In this document: positions 54,901-64,000 of the stretch, in pieces | Position numbering within the stretch: position 1 is the first letter of the stretch | Layout of the letters: each line of letters begins with the position of its first letter | From: a phage | Sequence record: PZ386951.1 | Length of the DNA: 64,000 bases | Strand: one strand, 5' to 3' | The notes under the pieces: model-generated | The model's database searches: none | The model's input: only the letters and a program-made list of their open reading frames with translations | Told to the model about the DNA's origin: nothing | Made by a program: the position numbers and the translations under genes

Positions 54901-55866
54901 AAAGTTTGGGGAAATCAGTTTAGTGGCAGACCAGATTCAACACGTTCTACTGTATTTGAAGTTGGTGACGAAACATCTCATCACTTTTATTCTCAGCGCA
55001 ATACAGCTGGAAATATAATGTTTAATATCAATGGTACTGTAATGCCGATAAATGTAAATGCTTCGGGCTCATTGAATGCAAACGGCGTTGCAACATTTGG
55101 TAATTCAGTTACTGCTAATGGAGAATTTACCAGTAAATCACCAAATGCTTTTAGAGCAATAAATGGAAATTACGGATTCTTTATTCGTAATGCTGGTAAT
55201 GACACCTATTTTATGCTCACTGCAGCCGGTGATCAGAGCGGTGGATTTAATGGATTACGTCCATTATCAATTAATAATCAATCCGGTCAGGTTACGATTG
55301 GTGAAAGCTTAATTGTTGCCAAAGGTGTTACTATAAATTCAGGTGGTTTAACTGTTAACTCGAGAATTCGTTCTCAGGGTTCTAAAACATCTGATTTATA
55401 TACCCGTGTACCGACATCTGATACGGTAGGATTCTGGTCAATCGATATTAATGATTCAGCCACTTATAACCAGTTCCCGGGTTATTTTAAAATGGTCGAA
55501 AAAACTAATGAGGTGACTGGACTTCCATACTTAGAGCGTGGAGAAGAAGTTAAATCTCCTGGTACATTGACTCAGTTTGGTAACACGCTTGATTCGCTTT
55601 ACCAAGATTGGATTACTTATCCAACGACACCAGAAGCGCGCACCACTCGCTGGACACGTACCTGGCAGAAAACCAAAAACTCTTGGTCAAGTTTTGTTCA
55701 GGTGTTTGACGGAGGTAATCCTCCTCAACCGTCTGATATTGGTGCTTTACCATCTGATAATGCTACAATGGGAAATCTTACTATTCGTGATTTCTTGCGA
55801 ATTGGTAATGTTCGCATTGTTCCTGACCCAGTGAATAAATCTGTTAAATTTGAATGGGTTGAATAA
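52000..55866 (+). CDS. 34: long tail fiber proximal subunit gp34
   Basis: 1288 aa; T4 gp34 is 1289 aa; repeated beta-rich segments. Confidence 0.95.
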   Translation: MAEIKRKFRAEDGLDAGGDKIINVALADRTVGTDGVNVDYLIQENTVQQYDPTRGYLKDFVIIYDNRFWAAINDIPKPAGAFNSGRWRALRTDANWITVSSGSYQLKSGEAISVNTAAGNDITFTLPSSPIDGDTIVLQDIGGKPGVNQVLIVAPVQSIVNFRGQQVRSVLMTHPKSQLVLIFSNRLWQMYVADYSREAVVVTPANTYQAQSNDFIVRRFTSAASINIKLPRFANHGDIINFVDLDKLNPLYHTIVTTYDETTSIQEDGTHSIEGRTSIDGFLMFDDNEKLWRLFDGDSKARLRIITTNSNIRPNEEVMVFGANNGIAQTIELQLPTNISVGDTVKISMNYMRKGQTVKIKAAGEDKIASSVQLLQFPKRSEYPPEAEWVTVQELVFNGETNYVPVLQLAYIEDSDGKYWVVQQNVPTVERVDSLNDSTRARLGVIALATQAQANVDLENSPQKELAITPETLANRTATETRRGIARIATTAQVNQNTTFSFADDVIITPKKLNERTATETRRGVAEIATQQETNAGTDDTTIITPKKLQARQGSESLSGIVTFVSTAGATPASSRELNGTNVYNKNTNNLVVSPKALDQYKATPTQQGAVILAVESEVIAGQSQQGWANAVVTPETLHKKTSTDGRIGLIEIATQSEVNTGTDYTRAVTPKTLNDRKATESLSGIAEIATQVEFDAGVDDTRISTPLKIKTRFNSTDRTSVVALSGLVESGTLWDHYTLNILEANETQRGTLRVATQVEAAAGKLDNVLITPKKLLGTKSTESQEGVIKVATQSEVVAGTSANTAVSPKNLKWIVQSEPSWRATTAVRGFVKTSSGSITFVGNDTVGSTQDLELYEKNNYAVSPYELNRVLANYLPLKAKAADTNLLDGLDSSQFIRRDIAQTVNGSLTLTQQTNLSAPLVSSSTATFSGSVSVNTLTISKTGTAARLIFEKGPQTETNPAQTVTIKVWGNQFSGRPDSTRSTVFEVGDETSHHFYSQRNTAGNIMFNINGTVMPINVNASGSLNANGVATFGNSVTANGEFTSKSPNAFRAINGNYGFFIRNAGNDTYFMLTAAGDQSGGFNGLRPLSINNQSGQVTIGESLIVAKGVTINSGGLTVNSRIRSQGSKTSDLYTRVPTSDTVGFWSIDINDSATYNQFPGYFKMVEKTNEVTGLPYLERGEEVKSPGTLTQFGNTLDSLYQDWITYPTTPEARTTRWTRTWQKTKNSWSSFVQVFDGGNPPQPSDIGALPSDNATMGNLTIRDFLRIGNVRIVPDPVNKSVKFEWVE

Positions 55867-55874
55867 GAGGTATT

Positions 55875-56990
55875 ATGGAAAAATTTATGGCAGAGTTTGG
55901 ACAAGGATATGTCCAAACGCCATTTTTATCGGAAAGTAATTCAGTAAGATATAAAATAAGTATAGCGGGTTCTTGCCCGCTTTCTACTGCAGGACCATAC
56001 GTTAAATTTCAGGATAATCCTGTCGGAAGTCAAACATTTAGCGCAGGCCTTCATTTAAGAGTTTTTGACCCTTCCACCGGAGCATTAGTTGATAGTAAGT
56101 CATATGCTTTTTCGACTTCAAATGATACTACATCAGCTGCTTTTGTTAGTTTCATGAATTCTTTGACGAATAATCGAATTGTTGCTATGTTAACTAACGG
56201 AAAGGTTAATTTTCCTCCTGAAGTAGCATCTTGGTTAAGAACCGCCGGAACGTCTGCTTTTCCATCTGACTCTGTATTGTCAAGATTCGACGTATCATAT
56301 GCTGCTTTTTATACTTCTTCTAAAAGAGCTATCGCATTAGAGCATGTTAAACTGAGTAATAGAAAAAGCACAGATGATTATCAAACTATTTTAGATGTTG
56401 TATTTGACAGTTTAGAAGATGTTGGAGCTACCGGGTTTCCAAGAAGAACGTATGAAAGCGTTGAGCAATTTATGTCGGCAGTCGGTGGAACTAATAACGA
56501 AATTGCGCGTCTACCAACTTCAGCTGCTATAAGTAAATTATCTGATTATAATTTAATTCCTGGTGATGTTCTTTATCTTAAAGCTCAGTTATATGCTGAT
56601 GCTGATTTACTTGCTCTTGGAACTACAAATATATCTATCCGTTTTTATAATGCATCTAACGGATATATTTCTTCAACACAAGCTGAATTTACTGGACAAG
56701 CTGGTGTTTGGGAATTAAAAGAAGATTATGTAGTTGTTCCAGAAAATGCAGTAGGATTTACGATATATGCACAAAGAACTGCACAAGCTGGTCAAGGTGG
56801 AATGAGGAACTTAAGCTTTTCTGAGGTATCAAGAAATGGTAGTATTTCGAAACCCGCTGAATTTGGTGTCAATGGTATTCGAGTTAATTATGTCTGTGAA
56901 TCCGCTTCACCTCCGGATATAATGGTACTTCCTACACAAGCATCGTCTAAAACTGGTAAAGTGTTTGGGCAAGAATTTAGAGAAGTTTAA
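55875..56990 (+). CDS. 35: long tail fiber hinge connector gp35
   Basis: 371 aa; T4 gp35 position and size. Confidence 0.9.
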   Translation: MEKFMAEFGQGYVQTPFLSESNSVRYKISIAGSCPLSTAGPYVKFQDNPVGSQTFSAGLHLRVFDPSTGALVDSKSYAFSTSNDTTSAAFVSFMNSLTNNRIVAMLTNGKVNFPPEVASWLRTAGTSAFPSDSVLSRFDVSYAAFYTSSKRAIALEHVKLSNRKSTDDYQTILDVVFDSLEDVGATGFPRRTYESVEQFMSAVGGTNNEIARLPTSAAISKLSDYNLIPGDVLYLKAQLYADADLLALGTTNISIRFYNASNGYISSTQAEFTGQAGVWELKEDYVVVPENAVGFTIYAQRTAQAGQGGMRNLSFSEVSRNGSISKPAEFGVNGIRVNYVCESASPPDIMVLPTQASSKTGKVFGQEFREV

Positions 56991-56995
56991 ATTGA

Positions 56996-57013
56996 GGGAG
57001 CCTTCGGGTTCCC
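56996..57013. terminator. hairpin GGGAGCC-TTCG-GGTTCCC with T tract
   Basis: inverted repeat followed by TTTTTTC, downstream of gene 35. Confidence 0.6.
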
Positions 57014-57022
57014 TTTTTTCTT

Positions 57023-57030
57023 TATAAATA
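57023..57030 (+). promoter_or_regulatory. T4-type late promoter TATAAATA upstream of gene 36
   Basis: exact TATAAATA 24 nt upstream of ATG 57054. Confidence 0.6.
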
Positions 57031-57053
57031 CTATTAAAATAAAGGGGCATACA

Positions 57054-57719
57054 ATGGCTGATTTAAAAGTAGGTTCAACAACTGGAGGCTCTGTCATTTG
57101 GCATCAAGGAAATTTTCCATTGAATCCAGCCGGTGACGATATACTCTATAAATCATTTAAAATATATTCAGAATATAATAAACCACAAGCTGCTGATAAC
57201 GATTTCGTTTCTAAAGCTAATGGTGGTACTTATGCATCAAAGGTAACATTTAACGGCGGTGTCCAAGTCCCGTATGCTGCAAACATCATGAGCCCATGCG
57301 GTATTTATGGGGGTAACGGTGATGCAGCTACTTTTGATACAGCAAATATCGATATTGTTTCATGGTATGGCGTAGGATTTAAATCGTCATTTGGTACAAC
57401 AGGCCGAACTGTTGTAATTAATACACGCAATGGTGATATTAACACAAAAGGTGTTGTGTCGGCAGCTGGTCAAGTAAGAAGTGGTGCGGCTGCTCCTATA
57501 GCAGCGAATGATCTTACTAGAAAGGACTATGTTGATGGAGCAATAAATAATGTTACAGCAAATGCGAACTCTAGAGTGTTGCGTTCTGGCGACACTATGA
57601 CAGGTAATTTAACGGCGCCAAACTTTTTCTCACAGAATCCTGCATCTCAACCTTCACATGTTCCACGATTTGACCAAATCGTAATTAAGGATTCTGTTCA
57701 AGATTTCGGCTATTATTAA
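57054..57719 (+). CDS. 36: long tail fiber distal connector gp36
   Basis: 221 aa, same length as T4 gp36. Confidence 0.9.
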   Translation: MADLKVGSTTGGSVIWHQGNFPLNPAGDDILYKSFKIYSEYNKPQAADNDFVSKANGGTYASKVTFNGGVQVPYAANIMSPCGIYGGNGDAATFDTANIDIVSWYGVGFKSSFGTTGRTVVINTRNGDINTKGVVSAAGQVRSGAAAPIAANDLTRKDYVDGAINNVTANANSRVLRSGDTMTGNLTAPNFFSQNPASQPSHVPRFDQIVIKDSVQDFGYY

Positions 57720-57727
57720 GAGGACTT

Positions 57728-60700
57728 ATGGCTACTTTAAAACAAATACAATTTAAAAGAAGCAAAACCGCAGGTGCACGTCCTGCTGCTTCAGTATTAG
57801 CCGAAGGTGAATTGGCTATAAACTTAAAAGATAGAACAATTTTTACTAAAGATGATTCAGGAAATATCATTGATCTAGGTATTGCTAAAGGCGGCCAGGT
57901 TGATGGTGATGTAACTATCAACGGTAAATTAACATTAAATGGCGCGTATGTTCAGACGCTGGCTGGTATTAATACCACGGGTGGTATTAATTCTGGAGCC
58001 GCTATAAGTGCAACAACTTATTATGCTCGGTCTGGTTCTTTTTATGCTCGTGCTCCAGATGCCAATGCGAATACACATGTTTGGTTTGAAAATAACAATG
58101 GTATAGAACGTGGTGTGATTTGGGCTGTTCCGAACACTTCAGACCTAGGCTCGGTACGTATTCGAGCAAAAACCGCAGGTGGTGTTTTTGCCGGCGAGTA
58201 CAGTTTCCGCTCTGATGGCCGATTTGATGTTCCTGTAGCAGTTAAAATCGGCGGAGCAGCGATGCTAACCAAAGATGGCAACATTACCTCTGGTTCTATG
58301 TTTGGCGGTAACCTTAACAACTATTTGACTTCTATTAAAAATGACATTGTTGCTGGTGATAATAAGAAAGTAAGTAAAACCGGTGACACGATGTCCGGTA
58401 ACTTGACTATTAACGCTAACTTAAAAGTCGAAAACTCTAATGGAACGTTTGTTGATTTAGGTTCAGAGAACTCTGATAAGTATAGCAGATTAACTCTTGC
58501 TCGTAAAATTGGCGATGGCGCTGGTGTAGCAATGCTTAAAGTTACTCCTGAAGGAAACGTGCAATTTGGTTATCAACCTACAGTTGCTACTCCATCTCCT
58601 ACCAAGTATATTCTAATTAAATCTAATGGTCTTGAAGTAGAAGGGGATTTAGTTTTTAAGCAAACTTATCGTGGTACTGAAGAAGCAATTGATATTACTG
58701 ATCAGACTATTGACCTTAATAGTCTGATCATTAGACACTCAGATTTAGGCACTCGTAAGCTGTATAAATGCAGATCATCTGGCGGTGGTTCTAATATATT
58801 GAACAAACCTACATCTGACGGCAACTTTACTCTTGAAGTTCTGTCTTTACGCAAGGTTTCTGATACCGATTGGTCATGTAAACAGACCTTTACTACAAAG
58901 AACAACAATGTCGTAGGCGTATATGTTCGCTACGGGCAAGGTGGCTCATGGTCTGCATGGCAAGAAGTTGTATCTGGTGTTCAACCAATTAATTTAGGTG
59001 GTACTGGAGCAACTTCTGTAGCTGCTGCCCGTAATAACCTTGGTATTGGTGCAGGCCAAACTGTAACATTCGGTAATTTAGTTACCACCGATTTAACCGT
59101 AAATGGAAATGCTAGATTAGTCGGAAGACTGAACTTTGGTTCTAATTCTCAGTCGGCTGGTGTATTACGAGCCAACGAAGGTGGGGCTGTTGTTTTAAGT
59201 TCTGCAAGTGGTGCAAACATCCACATCAGAGCGGACGGCGATACTTCTACCGGTGAAACTCGCTTTGAGCCAAATGGCAACGTTGTAGTCGGTGGTGCTA
59301 TTACAGCATCTCAGCGTATTACAGTTAATGCTGCCACCGATGCTATTGTTGTTAACGCTCCAACTCAAGCATCATCCAACTATATTCAGGGTCGTAAAGC
59401 TGGTGTCGCTAAATGGTATGTCGGCATTGGCGATGATGGTGATGCAGTACGTCTACATAACAATGTATATTACCATGGTATTGGATTGAGCGCTGATACT
59501 GTCGATATTACCAAGCCTCTTAAAATAGGAAATGTTAAACTAGGAACTGACGGTAATATCACCGGTGGTTCTGGCAATTTTTCTAACTTGAACACAACAT
59601 TAAACCGCAAAGTTAATGTTGGCGTATGGTCAGGTGTTGATAAAGTAGTAGGATGGTACTGGTACAAATTCGCTACTGTAACAATGCCACAATCTACATC
59701 TACCGCGCGTTTCAAAATTATCGGCGGGAATGGTTATAATGCTAATTCTCCTGAACAAGCATCTGTAAGTGAAATTGTTCTTAGAACTGGTAATAATAAT
59801 CCTAAATCTATTAATGCGGTGCTGTGGTCTAGCACTAGTACCAGCCCGTCAAACATTGCTACAGTGAATACATCTGGCGATAATTATGATGTATATGTAT
59901 ACATGGGCTCTTTTGCCCAATCTTTATTAGTTGAATATGATGCTACAGTGAATATTAGCGATATTTCGGTAATCGGTCTTAATGGTGCATCTCAATCACC
60001 GGTAGAAGAATTACCTGCAGACCATGTGCTTGGACACGTGTATAAGATGTATTCCGATGCTCAGATACCTTATCCTGTTGGCGCTCCTATTCCATGGCCG
60101 AGAGATTCAATTCCAGATGGATTTGCTTTAATGGAAGGCCAGACCTTTGATAAGTCTGCATATCCAAAGCTAGCTATTGCGTATCCTAGTGGTGTTATTC
60201 CTGATATGCGAGGCCAGACTATTAAGGGTAAACCGAGCGGTCGCGCAGTGTTGAGTGCTGAAGCTGATGGTATTAAGTCCCATACCCATATTGCCTCAGC
60301 ATCCACTACTGCTTTGTCTGGTACTACAAGCGCTACTGATTTAGGGACTAAAACTGTTAGTACAACAGATCTAGGCCGTAAACATACCAATCTTGCTGGT
60401 ATGCATACTCATACAGTATCCGGTACAACGAGTACTGACGGTAGGCACGCACACACTGCTTCACTTGGTAACAACGCTAACGTTCAGTCCGGTAGATTTG
60501 CAGCATCCAATTCCGGTCAGACAGCAACGACATGGACAAACGAGGATGGTCTACACTCACACACGTGGTCAGGTACTACGTCAGTAGGTCCAGAACATAG
60601 TCACTATACTGATATCGGTACACATAACCATACAGTGGCTATAGGTTCACATACTCACACGTTTTCTATTGCTGCTCATGACCATACGATTACTGTAAAT

Positions 60701-60766
60701 AGTACAGGTAATACAGAAAATACAGTTAAAAACATTGCTTTTAACTATATCGTTCGTTTAGCGTAA
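57728..60766 (+). CDS. 37: long tail fiber distal subunit gp37 (receptor recognition)
   Basis: 1012 aa; C-terminal His-x-His repeat region typical of the T4 gp37 needle tip. Confidence 0.95.
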   Translation: MATLKQIQFKRSKTAGARPAASVLAEGELAINLKDRTIFTKDDSGNIIDLGIAKGGQVDGDVTINGKLTLNGAYVQTLAGINTTGGINSGAAISATTYYARSGSFYARAPDANANTHVWFENNNGIERGVIWAVPNTSDLGSVRIRAKTAGGVFAGEYSFRSDGRFDVPVAVKIGGAAMLTKDGNITSGSMFGGNLNNYLTSIKNDIVAGDNKKVSKTGDTMSGNLTINANLKVENSNGTFVDLGSENSDKYSRLTLARKIGDGAGVAMLKVTPEGNVQFGYQPTVATPSPTKYILIKSNGLEVEGDLVFKQTYRGTEEAIDITDQTIDLNSLIIRHSDLGTRKLYKCRSSGGGSNILNKPTSDGNFTLEVLSLRKVSDTDWSCKQTFTTKNNNVVGVYVRYGQGGSWSAWQEVVSGVQPINLGGTGATSVAAARNNLGIGAGQTVTFGNLVTTDLTVNGNARLVGRLNFGSNSQSAGVLRANEGGAVVLSSASGANIHIRADGDTSTGETRFEPNGNVVVGGAITASQRITVNAATDAIVVNAPTQASSNYIQGRKAGVAKWYVGIGDDGDAVRLHNNVYYHGIGLSADTVDITKPLKIGNVKLGTDGNITGGSGNFSNLNTTLNRKVNVGVWSGVDKVVGWYWYKFATVTMPQSTSTARFKIIGGNGYNANSPEQASVSEIVLRTGNNNPKSINAVLWSSTSTSPSNIATVNTSGDNYDVYVYMGSFAQSLLVEYDATVNISDISVIGLNGASQSPVEELPADHVLGHVYKMYSDAQIPYPVGAPIPWPRDSIPDGFALMEGQTFDKSAYPKLAIAYPSGVIPDMRGQTIKGKPSGRAVLSAEADGIKSHTHIASASTTALSGTTSATDLGTKTVSTTDLGRKHTNLAGMHTHTVSGTTSTDGRHAHTASLGNNANVQSGRFAASNSGQTATTWTNEDGLHSHTWSGTTSVGPEHSHYTDIGTHNHTVAIGSHTHTFSIAAHDHTITVNSTGNTENTVKNIAFNYIVRLA

Positions 60767-60770
60767 GGAG

Positions 60771-60786
60771 AGGGGCTTCGGCCCCT
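60771..60786. terminator. hairpin AGGGGC-TTCG-GCCCCT downstream of gene 37
   Basis: perfect inverted repeat. Confidence 0.6.
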
Positions 60787-60793
60787 TCTAAAT

Positions 60794-61345
60794 ATGAAAA
60801 TTTATCATTATTATTTTGACACGAAAGAATTTTACAAAGAAGAAAATTACAAACCGATTAAAGGCCTTGGTCTTCCTGCTCATTCAACAAATAAAAAACC
60901 TTTAGATCCTAAAGAAGGATACGCAGTTGTATTTGATGAACGTATTCAGGATTGGATTTATGAAGAAGACCATCGTGGTAAACGAGCATGGACTTTTAAT
61001 AAAGAAGAAATTTTTATAAGTGACATTGGAAGACCGGTTGGTATAACCTTTGATAAGCCCGGCGAATTTGATATATGGACTGATGATGGCTGGAAAGAAG
61101 ACGAAACATATAAACGTGTTTTAATTCGTAATAGAAAAATTGAAGAACTATATAGAGAGTTCCAAGTTTTAAATAATATGATTGAAGCTTCTGTCGCCAA
61201 TAAAAAGGAAAAATTCTATTATAAAAACCTTAAGCGGTTCTTTGCTCTTTTAGAAAAACATGAGCATTTAGGTGGTGAATTCCCTGCATGGCCTGAAAAA
61301 GAACAGAAGCCTTGGTATAAGCGTTTATTCAAGCATTACGTATAA
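60794..61345 (+). CDS. 38: tail fiber assembly chaperone gp38 (T4 type)
   Basis: 183 aa, same length as T4 gp38. Confidence 0.88.
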   Translation: MKIYHYYFDTKEFYKEENYKPIKGLGLPAHSTNKKPLDPKEGYAVVFDERIQDWIYEEDHRGKRAWTFNKEEIFISDIGRPVGITFDKPGEFDIWTDDGWKEDETYKRVLIRNRKIEELYREFQVLNNMIEASVANKKEKFYYKNLKRFFALLEKHEHLGGEFPAWPEKEQKPWYKRLFKHYV

Positions 61346-61348
61346 ATA
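61341..61348 (+). promoter_or_regulatory. T4-type late promoter TATAAATA upstream of t
   Basis: exact TATAAATA overlapping the gene 38 stop, 19 nt upstream of the t ATG. Confidence 0.55.
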
Positions 61349-61366
61349 TCTTAAAAAGGAGGGTCT

Positions 61367-62023
61367 ATGGCAGCACCTAGAATATCATTTTCGCCCTCTG
61401 ATATTCTGTTTGGTGTTCTAGATCGCTTGTTCAAAGATAACGCTACCGGGAAAGTTCTTGCTTCCCGGGTAGCTGTCGTAATTCTTTTGTTTATAATGGC
61501 GATTGTTTGGTATAGGGGAGATAGTTTCTTTGAGTACTACAAGCAATCAAAGTATGAAACATACAGTGAAATTATTGAAAAGGAAAGAAACGCACGCTTT
61601 GAATCTGTCGCCCTGGAACAACTCCAGATAGTTCATATATCATCTGAGGCAGACTTTAGTGCGGTGTATTCTTTCCGCCCTAAAAACTTAAACTATTTTG
61701 TTGATATTATAGCATACGAAGGAAGATTACCTTCAACAATAACCGAAAAATCACTTGGAGGATATCCTGTTGATAAAACTATGGATGAATATGCAGTTCA
61801 TTTAAATGGACGTCATTATTATTCCAGCTCAAAATTCGCTTTTTTGCCAACTAAAAAGCCTACTCCCGAAATAAACTACATGTACAGTTGTCCATATTTT
61901 AATTTGGATAATATCTATGCTGGAACGATAACCATGTACTGGTATAGAAATGATCATATAAGTAATGACCGCCTTGAATCAATATGTGCTCAGGCGGCCA
62001 GAATATTAGGAAGGGCTAAATAA
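61367..62023 (+). CDS. t: holin T
   Basis: 218 aa; single N-terminal TM helix (VAVVILLFIMAIVWY) and large periplasmic domain; matches T4 T. Confidence 0.95.
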   Translation: MAAPRISFSPSDILFGVLDRLFKDNATGKVLASRVAVVILLFIMAIVWYRGDSFFEYYKQSKYETYSEIIEKERNARFESVALEQLQIVHISSEADFSAVYSFRPKNLNYFVDIIAYEGRLPSTITEKSLGGYPVDKTMDEYAVHLNGRHYYSSSKFAFLPTKKPTPEINYMYSCPYFNLDNIYAGTITMYWYRNDHISNDRLESICAQAARILGRAK

Positions 62024-62296
62024 TTATTTGTTCGTATACATCTCTAGATATCGATATACACCCTCAAAACCCTCGTTGAATTCGTCGATGAGGGTTTTCT
62101 TATCTTCTTGAGTTAATTCAGAAACAATTTTACGGAATGAATTCTGATTTAATTTTCTACCTTCATGCGTTACTCCAATCTCATTCAGAAATGCAATAAA
62201 ATTAGCACGATTCTCAACAATATCTTCTCTGGAAAATTTAATCAAAATAGACGCAACAGTAATAATTTCACGAACTGTATCAATGTTTTTATTCAT
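62024..62296 (-). CDS. asiA: anti-sigma70 factor AsiA
   Basis: 90 aa; MNKNIDTVREIITVASILIKFSREDIVENRANFIAFLNEIG matches T4 AsiA. Confidence 0.95.
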   Translation of the reverse strand: MNKNIDTVREIITVASILIKFSREDIVENRANFIAFLNEIGVTHEGRKLNQNSFRKIVSELTQEDKKTLIDEFNEGFEGVYRYLEMYTNK

Positions 62297-62308
62297 TAAC
62301 TATACCAC

Positions 62309-62461
62309 TCAATTAGCTGACTTTGTTATAATATCATCAGACGCTTGATTTGTAAACTGGTCTGTGTTATTTTCTTCAAAAATTTTTTCTACGAATTCCT
62401 TGAACGACTCACGTTCCTGAGCTACATTATGCTCGATTACCATTTCAAGATTATGACTCAT
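62309..62461 (-). CDS. small hypothetical protein (asiA.1 position)
   Basis: 50 aa ORF absent from the track; hand-translated MSHNLEMVIEHNVAQERESFKEF; overlaps the arn stop by 4 nt. Confidence 0.4.
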   Translation of the reverse strand: MSHNLEMVIEHNVAQERESFKEFVEKIFEENNTDQFTNQASDDIITKSAN

Positions 62462-62736
62462 TCGAAATAATCTTCAATTTCATAATCATGGACATAAAAC
62501 ATTATAGTTTTTAATACATCATCAATACTTTTTCCTGGAGCTGGAATTACATAGAAATATCCTGCTTTTGAGAGGTCTTTATAAGTTCCAATCAAGAAAT
62601 CATTATTCTCGCGATGCAGTTCTTCAACTAATTCGTTAACAATTGAGTGGTATAAATTTGGTAGAAACTTATATAGCTTTTCTAGAATATCAATTTTGAT
62701 TGTGTATTGAACCACGGATTGAGAATCAATAATCAT
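62458..62736 (-). CDS. arn: Arn anti-restriction protein (acidic DNA mimic)
   Basis: 92 aa, highly acidic; T4 Arn position downstream of asiA. Confidence 0.75.
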   Translation of the reverse strand: MIIDSQSVVQYTIKIDILEKLYKFLPNLYHSIVNELVEELHRENNDFLIGTYKDLSKAGYFYVIPAPGKSIDDVLKTIMFYVHDYEIEDYFE

Positions 62737-62819
62737 AGACCTTCCCCTTATGTTTCTGTTTGCGATTAGATTCTTTAAACGCTTTCTTTTTATCTTTATG
62801 AACAGAAGCTTTATTAAAA

Positions 62820-63038
62820 TTATGTTTTGCGACTAAATTGTTCATAGTGCTGAATTACCTCTCTTAAACATTTGCATGTGAATGAAAACTTTTTAGCTAC
62901 ACCACATTCAAATATATGTTCTCTTAAATCACGTGTATCAGTATATCCCATCTCAACAATAAAATGCCTTATTAGATTTTTATCTTTATCATTGAGAGAA
63001 TTAAAATAATCAGATTTTGAATTAATTTCCCTGGCCAA
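62820..63038 (-). CDS. hypothetical protein with Cys pairs
   Basis: 72 aa; apparent TTG start with AAGGTGA SD; CGVAKKFSFTCKC Cys cluster; start uncertain. Confidence 0.4.
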   Translation of the reverse strand: MAREINSKSDYFNSLNDKDKNLIRHFIVEMGYTDTRDLREHIFECGVAKKFSFTCKCLREVIQHYEQFSRKT

Positions 63039-63318
63039 ATTGAATCACCTTCAGTTGACGTTTTAATTCTTTTATCATTTCTTCGTTCATCGCAATATAA
63101 AGATCGCGTAAAGCAGGTTTTAGCATTCCATTTACTGGAGAACTAAATGGGCACACATAATCTTTTCCTACGAGCTTTTTAGTGAATTCCATATTACAGA
63201 ACTGAAATGCCGGTTCATTGGCATAAATTCCCCATTTGGTTGACATCATTTTATTAGCATATTCCAGCGCCTGGATTTGATTCATAATTCCATCAATTTG
63301 AAACTGTTTAATATTCAT
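63022..63318 (-). CDS. hypothetical protein
   Basis: 98 aa with ATG start. Confidence 0.5.
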   Translation of the reverse strand: MNIKQFQIDGIMNQIQALEYANKMMSTKWGIYANEPAFQFCNMEFTKKLVGKDYVCPFSSPVNGMLKPALRDLYIAMNEEMIKELKRQLKVIQFGQGN

Positions 63319-63779
63319 TAGTAAAGGTCCTCAGAGTAAAGTTCTTTTTCACTACCACCACGTTCAATACGTACTTGTCCAGCGTAAGTTGCAATAATCA
63401 TTGCTTCTTCACGTGTCCAATAATTACTATATTGGTCAATAAACCCTTGGTCATCATCACAAACTTGCTGAGTAACTAATTGAGATTTAACTACATCTAA
63501 AACTTCTGCCATATCTTTAGAATAATGACGAGCACCTGGAATAATAAGAGTTCGTCCATCTTTTAATTTAAAACGGTTAGCTGCACAGACAATTCGTCGT
63601 TGATACTTTTGGTTTTCATCCCAGTATGCAGACTGCCAACAGATTTCAGGAACTTCATCTAAAACATTTTGTTCTGTATATTCACCGCCGTAAGAAGCTA
63701 ATTTAGCAGCCAGACTTTCCGGTGTCTCACGCGACAAAGCTTTATCTAACAGGGCTAAACGTTCTTTAAAAGTTTTCAT
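63318..63779 (-). CDS. hypothetical protein
   Basis: 153 aa with ATG start; stop overlaps the downstream start. Confidence 0.55.
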   Translation of the reverse strand: MKTFKERLALLDKALSRETPESLAAKLASYGGEYTEQNVLDEVPEICWQSAYWDENQKYQRRIVCAANRFKLKDGRTLIIPGARHYSKDMAEVLDVVKSQLVTQQVCDDDQGFIDQYSNYWTREEAMIIATYAGQVRIERGGSEKELYSEDLY

Positions 63780-63982
63780 TTAAACCATCCTTTAATACGT
63801 TGCCACAAAGTTTTCTGTTGAGCTTTGTTAACACCAATTGAACGAATAACCGGTTGAGATTCCTGGAATTCTTTATAATCAGCAAGGTAAATTTCGTAAG
63901 CTGCATCTGTAAAGGAACTTATCGCTGCCATAAAATTATTGCGAATACCTACTGGAGCATCTTTACTTTCACGAATAATCAT
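63776..63982 (-). CDS. hypothetical protein, possibly longer at the N-terminus
   Basis: 68 aa from an ATG; the reading frame stays open upstream to the window edge at 64000. Confidence 0.4.
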   Translation of the reverse strand: MIIRESKDAPVGIRNNFMAAISSFTDAAYEIYLADYKEFQESQPVIRSIGVNKAQQKTLWQRIKGWFK

Positions 63983-64000
63983 GTATTTACCAGTCTTAAT

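Overview
This 64 kb window is a contiguous segment of a T4-like (T-even, Tevenvirinae) myovirus genome, colinear with phage T4 from tail sheath gene 18 through the asiA/arn region. Protein identities were assigned by reading the six-frame translations against remembered T4 proteins and by sequence motifs; no database search was run. The plus strand carries late structural operons (18-19-20-67-68-21-22-23, 24, 51-27-28-29-48-54, 34-35-36-37-38-t), each preceded by a T4 late promoter TATAAATA. The minus strand carries early and middle genes (rnlB, hoc, inh, uvsY-25-26, the alt region, 30 DNA ligase, rIII, 31, cd, pseT, a spanin pair, alc, rnlA, denA, nrdB, nrdA, td, frd, 32, 59, 33, dsbA, rnh, asiA, arn) interspersed with many small ORFs of unknown function. 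Several ORF-track entries begin at TTG or GTG and I trimmed them to the first ATG that has a Shine-Dalgarno sequence. No tRNA, rRNA, CRISPR array, integrase or transposon was seen. Differences from T4 as I recall it: td and nrdB are uninterrupted (no group I introns), Hoc is longer with five Ig-like repeats, a full-length second Alt-like ADP-ribosyltransferase sits next to alt, an extra ORF lies between td and frd, and no seg gene lies between inh and uvsW or between 32 and 59. The most interesting signals are the tandem Alt paralogs with a NADAR-family gene nearby, recurring early-promoter hairpin cassettes, and the recently duplicated Hoc domains.
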